Shown: in pieces, positions 27,910 to 32,000 of the stretch
Layout: the number at the start of each line of letters is the position of its first letter
How positions within the stretch are numbered: position 1 is the first letter of the stretch
DNA from: an uncultured archaeon
Lineage (GTDB): Archaea; Asgardarchaeota; Jordiarchaeia; Jordiarchaeales; Jordiarchaeaceae
Assembly: GCA_964510585.1 (NCBI GenBank)
Contig: CAZECW010000075.1
Location: 1-32,000, forward strand
Direction of reading: 5' to 3'
Length of the DNA stretch: 32,000 bases
Translations under genes and position numbers: made by a program
Notes under the pieces: model-generated
What the model saw: only the letters and a program-made list of their open reading frames with translations
What the model was told of the DNA's origin: nothing
Database searches by the model: none

Positions 27910-28719
27910 TTGATTGAGGAAGTTAAAGAAGTTTTTTGTAAGGGAATTTTGAGTAGGAGCGGAATAGGTGGTGTAGACTATTCCATTAATCCTTATACTG
28001 GCTGTTCTCATGGCTGTGCATACTGCTATGCCCGCTTCATGTTGAGGTATGCTAAGACTAGGCAGCCCTGGGGAAAATTTGTCCACGTAAAAATTAATGC
28101 CCCCACGGTATTAATGAAGGAAATTAAGGGTAACATGTGGGGGACGATTCTTTTAAGTAGTGTTTGTGACCCTTATCAGGAGCTGGAGAAAAAATATGAG
28201 ATTACTAGGAAAATTTTGCAGGTAATTTCCAAGCATAACAATTTTAAAGTTGACATTTTAACCAAGTCAGATCTAATAGTGAGGGATTTGGACATAATAA
28301 AGAAAATAAAAAATGTTGAGGTGGGGTTCTCCATCTCTCATTTCGATGAGGAGTTTAGGAGAATATTTGAGCCCGGAGCGCCCAGTGTTGAAAAAAGATT
28401 CCATGCCTTAGAAACCCTAAACAAAAGTGGGGTTGACACGTATGTTTTTGTTGCGCCAGTCATTCCACTAATCACTGAGAGGCACATGGAAAGTATACTG
28501 GAGAGCGCTGAGCGCTGCCATGCGAGGTACCTGTTTTTCGACACACTAAATATCAAGTGCGGGAACTGGAAACCCATTACCGCAGCAATGGAGAAATATG
28601 AACCAAAGATTCTTCCACGCTTTATAGAAGTGATGGAAAAACCAGAAGGATACTACTCACAATTCAAAGAAAGAATCTTAAATATGTGCAATAACTTACC
28701 CTGCAGTTTTACATTCTAA
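27910..28719 (+). CDS. Radical SAM protein, spore-photoproduct-lyase-like family
   Basis: SINPYTGCSHGCAYCYAR, SSVCDPYQ, ILTKSDLIVRDLD and FEPGAPS. Confidence 0.9.
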   Translation: MIEEVKEVFCKGILSRSGIGGVDYSINPYTGCSHGCAYCYARFMLRYAKTRQPWGKFVHVKINAPTVLMKEIKGNMWGTILLSSVCDPYQELEKKYEITRKILQVISKHNNFKVDILTKSDLIVRDLDIIKKIKNVEVGFSISHFDEEFRRIFEPGAPSVEKRFHALETLNKSGVDTYVFVAPVIPLITERHMESILESAERCHARYLFFDTLNIKCGNWKPITAAMEKYEPKILPRFIEVMEKPEGYYSQFKERILNMCNNLPCSFTF

Positions 28720-29111
28720 AATTTTTAAGACGTTTACCCTCCAGAAGCCGATAGGACTACAATATACATTTGCCTTTTTACTCCCCCCTCCAATAGTAAA
28801 AACAAAATCTGATTCCCAAAATCCGCTTTTTGTGCAGAGTGCGAGTTTAAGCTTCTAAAACTTTATTAAGTTTTTCGGAAGTGCCATAAGGAATTATTCT
28901 AAATGCTGTCATTCAAATTTTCTCTGTCTTGTCACAATCCTATCCACTTATTATGAAGTGAACGACCTCTCTTATGTCTTTAATAACTATTTACTCTCTT
29001 TTTTCCGAAGTGTTATCTGAAGATGCTGGAATATTTATTTAAAAAGGGTTATGTACCTTTTTAATCATATGAGGTATATAGGTTTAGTCTTAATTGTGGT
29101 GTGTATTTGTT

Positions 29112-29462
29112 ATGCTTAAAAAGAACTATCGTGATGTTGCGGAAGAGAATGTTACAGTGGCAGGTTCCACGGGGACAACCATACGTTGGCTTATCACTGA
29201 GAAGGATGGAGCCTTAAGATACGCTATGCGGCGCTTCGAAATCAAGCCTGGAGGGCATATAGGGCTGCATAACCATCCGGAGGAACATGAGATTTATGTA
29301 TTGTCGGGAAAAGCTAGAATTTTTAATGATAAGGGTGAAGAGTTCATAGCCGGCCCAGGGGATGTTCTATTTGTTCCGCCAAACGAGAAACATGGATATG
29401 AGAATCTGGGTGGAGAAATTTTCGCCTTCCTATGCATTATTCCCATATTAGAAAAAAAGTGA
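29112..29462 (+). CDS. Cupin-2 domain protein
   Basis: MRRFEIKPGGHIGLHNHPEEHEIYVLSG and GDVLFVPPNEKHGY. Confidence 0.92.
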   Translation: MLKKNYRDVAEENVTVAGSTGTTIRWLITEKDGALRYAMRRFEIKPGGHIGLHNHPEEHEIYVLSGKARIFNDKGEEFIAGPGDVLFVPPNEKHGYENLGGEIFAFLCIIPILEKK

Positions 29463-29496
29463 AGTTGTTATTTCCCAATTCTGTTCTGAACCAGTT

Positions 29497-31017
29497 TTAT
29501 TCGCTTTTTTCAATTATATGGTTGGCTGCCAGTTTGCCAGTGTACATAGATGTGGGGTAGCCTCCCAGGAACAGTTCACGGGCTGAGGAAATGCCTACTA
29601 CTAAAAGGTTGGGGATAGGAGTTTCAATTAGCAGTTTTTTTCCGATTTTGCTTTGTTCCTTAATATTCCATGACCAGCCGGCGATAGAGCCCTGGTATCG
29701 GTTTCCCCAGTCTTGATAGGTTAGGGGTGTAGCTATTTCCATTTTCTCAATGGAGCTTGACAGCCCGGGTAACAAACTTTCCACGGTGTGTATTAGTTTT
29801 TTTGCCAGTTTTTTCTTATAGTTGAGGTAGCCCTCCCTTCTTTTCTTCTCGCCTGTCCTCCACATGGAGAAATGGTCGTAAGGGAAACTGACGCGTAGAA
29901 TGAGGGTGGCCTTTCCGGGCGGAGCTGAGTCTGGTGCGTTGGCGGACCATAGGCATATTTCTATTTCTCGGTTGTCAAAATCTTCGGGGTTAAATTTTCG
30001 TGGGGATTTTATTTCTTTTCTGTAGAAGACGTGTTGGGCTCTCATTTTGCTTAGGTCAATTTTTTGGGGTTCCACTCCCAAGTATACGCAGAGTTCGGAG
30101 CCCGACAATGTGTAGTTTTTAACCCTGCTTAAAAATTGTTGGGGAAGATTATAGGGATTTACTAGTTCTAGGAAGGTTTTCTTATAATCAGCATTGGATA
30201 CTACCCAGTGGGATTTGAAGATTTCACCATTAAAGGTTTTAACCCCTATTGCGCGCTTATTTTTGATTAGAATTTCTTTGACTCCCTTTGATAGTTTCAC
30301 TTCTCCATTGTTGCTTAGAATGCATTCATAAACTAGTTGGTTTATTCCATGAATGGTGCACGAGGGATACCAGATTCCCCTCATAGTGGTGAAGTCCCAC
30401 ATGAATGCCAGGAGGGCTAAGGACATTGTGGGTTCATAGGTGCTTTGGGATCCCAGAAAATTCTGCAATATTTTGGTTGATATGTGTTTTTGAAGGTATT
30501 CTTTTGCTGGGACCTGTAGGTTTTCATTCATGATTTCGAGTTCCTTCTTGTGCTTGGGAAGGTTTTTTAGTGCCTCAGTCCTATTTTTGCCCATTAGGTA
30601 CTCAGGATGCCATAGATGAATTTTTTTGGTGGTTTTAACTATTTCCCGCAGTTTTTGGATAAAAATGTCGATACCCCGCCTTTCATTTGAAAAATATTTT
30701 TTCAAATCTTTTCCCAACTTGTCAAATGATTGGGAGTAAATAATGTCGAAAAAGGGGGTGATTAGCTGAAAATGGTTGCGTTTAAAACGAATTTTTTCTC
30801 TGACTCCAATTTCACTTAATAATTCTTTTACCAAGTCAGGAGAACTGAAGGATAAGGGGCCCATCGGGAAATAGTATGGGCCTCTTCTAAAAATGTGACT
30901 GGTACCACCAATGTGTGGATTTTTCTCCAATAGCAGAACACTTTTGCCATTTTTCGCAAGTTTAGCGGCACAGTACAATCCCCCGATTCCCGCCCCCACT
31001 ACTATAGCGTCATACAA
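29497..31017 (-). CDS. Phytoene desaturase (CrtI)-like FAD-dependent oxidoreductase
   Basis: YDAIVVGAGIGGL, LLEKNPHIGG, VVSNAD, ATPLT and TPIPNL; GGAGG before TTG. Confidence 0.88.
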   Translation of the reverse strand: MYDAIVVGAGIGGLYCAAKLAKNGKSVLLLEKNPHIGGTSHIFRRGPYYFPMGPLSFSSPDLVKELLSEIGVREKIRFKRNHFQLITPFFDIIYSQSFDKLGKDLKKYFSNERRGIDIFIQKLREIVKTTKKIHLWHPEYLMGKNRTEALKNLPKHKKELEIMNENLQVPAKEYLQKHISTKILQNFLGSQSTYEPTMSLALLAFMWDFTTMRGIWYPSCTIHGINQLVYECILSNNGEVKLSKGVKEILIKNKRAIGVKTFNGEIFKSHWVVSNADYKKTFLELVNPYNLPQQFLSRVKNYTLSGSELCVYLGVEPQKIDLSKMRAQHVFYRKEIKSPRKFNPEDFDNREIEICLWSANAPDSAPPGKATLILRVSFPYDHFSMWRTGEKKRREGYLNYKKKLAKKLIHTVESLLPGLSSSIEKMEIATPLTYQDWGNRYQGSIAGWSWNIKEQSKIGKKLLIETPIPNLLVVGISSARELFLGGYPTSMYTGKLAANHIIEKSE

Positions 31018-31113
31018 AGAGTAACCTCCAATATTCTATGAACCAGCAGCATTTATTGGAATCATTTTCAAAATAAAAAAAGGGGGAAGTGGGTTTGTTT
31101 AGTCTTCCACCTG

Positions 31114-32000
31114 TTATAGGAGTGAAAAGAGATATTGTAGTATTTCTCTGTTAATTAGTGCTGCTTGTGATGGCTGGACGAAAAAGGGATATACAGGCAT
31201 AATTCCGTAAATTGCTGCGCAGGCTACGATGGCAATCACGTTGCCAAGAAAGAATAGGAGCGAGAAAGCGTAAAAGGGATTTGACCTCACAGTTTCTTTA
31301 TCGTTTTCGGTGAAATGTATTTTGCCTCTCCACAGTAGGAGTACCATGACGACAAAGGCTGAGGAGGAGAAAATAATTGTTTCAAATGCTGCTTGTCCCT
31401 CCACCACGCTTACTCCTATTCCCAGGCCGAAGAGTAATCCTAGAAAGCCAAGCAGAGAGTAGTCTAGTTGAGTGAATTTTCTGGTGTAGCCATGCTGGTT
31501 TTGCAGAATGGTCCCCGCAACTATGAAGCCAATAATTCCTAGGTAGATGAACTTGTGGCCAAGTGTTTCGTCAAAGAGATAGTTGAGGTAGTAAATATTA
31601 TTCGTAAAAGTTACAGGGTCTATGGTGAATGGAGTGTAGGGGGGAACCAGCGCAATGTAGTAAGTGAATGTGTGTAATTCGTTTGCTACGTAGCGCATCC
31701 CTAATCCGCTGAGAAATACGAAAATGAATAGCATGAAAATTATTTCCGCCAGGGTTTTGGTCTTTCTTGCCTCTTCGGTTTCTGGAGGTTGAGCCAGTAT
31801 CTCCTTGAAAATTAGGTAGAGCATTATGGTTCCAATGCTTCCCAGGAGCAGGAAGCTTAGAAGCCTTCCCACAGAGAGAAAAGCGGTGAACCATGTGAAC
31901 GGGTAAAATTCTGGTATGGGAATGGATACAAAGCCGTACACTTCGCCCCAGAACACCTCTAGAACCAGGGTAATAATACTCCAGCTTACAACTAGTATGA
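31114..32000 (-). CDS. Polytopic membrane protein, 5'-truncated by the window edge
   Basis: Multiple TM segments with a YLFDETLGH motif; the frame stays open upstream of 31956 (ILVVSWSIITLVLEVFWG) to the end of the window. Confidence 0.8.
   Translation of the reverse strand, partial: ILVVSWSIITLVLEVFWGEVYGFVSIPIPEFYPFTWFTAFLSVGRLLSFLLLGSIGTIMLYLIFKEILAQPPETEEARKTKTLAEIIFMLFIFVFLSGLGMRYVANELHTFTYYIALVPPYTPFTIDPVTFTNNIYYLNYLFDETLGHKFIYLGIIGFIVAGTILQNQHGYTRKFTQLDYSLLGFLGLLFGLGIGVSVVEGQAAFETIIFSSSAFVVMVLLLWRGKIHFTENDKETVRSNPFYAFSLLFFLGNVIAIVACAAIYGIMPVYPFFVQPSQAALINREILQYLFSLL

Noticed and set aside
1..32000. CRISPR array, tRNA, rRNA, integrase or intact transposase
   Set aside because: No periodic repeat-spacer pattern, cloverleaf, rRNA-like segment or matching protein motif seen by eye

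Overview
Archaeal chromosomal window, judged from TATA/BRE-like promoters, T-tract terminators, GGAGG/GGTGA ribosome sites, an Nre protein with a PCNA PIP box and DUF1122. The gene mix would fit an anaerobic heterotroph such as an Asgard or Bathyarchaeia-like lineage, but that is inference. Most of the window is catabolic: PaaK-like ligase, LUD protein, IlvD-family dehydratase, Fe-ADH, two amidohydrolases, flavin reductase, enolase-superfamily enzyme, 4Fe-4S protein, two paralogous acyl-CoA ligases flanking a hydantoin racemase, cupin and a CrtI-like oxidoreductase. There is also an Nre/radical-SAM repair pair. A decaying accessory island (about 15.5-20.3 kb) holds a three-gene small protein/DUF5678-like/retropepsin module, an RHH fusion, a HEPN-MNT pair and PIN and subtilase remnants. 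Best leads: (1) the retropepsin's catalytic DTG has no canonical start codon, and a -1 shift at a G_GGG_GGA heptamer in the upstream gene would reach it, a gag-pro-like layout; (2) a TnpB-deleted IS200/IS605 mini-element at the left edge, with an IS608-type left end and a structured omega-RNA-like tail; (3) a G/T to A/C gradient at codon third positions along transcription units; (4) an enolase-superfamily enzyme with a rewired active site; (5) an 80-nt near-identical tract shared by two otherwise diverged ligase paralogs; (6) a 15-bp inverted repeat placed symmetrically at a divergent promoter pair. No rRNA, tRNA or CRISPR array was seen. All family calls come from motif recognition by eye, with no database searches.
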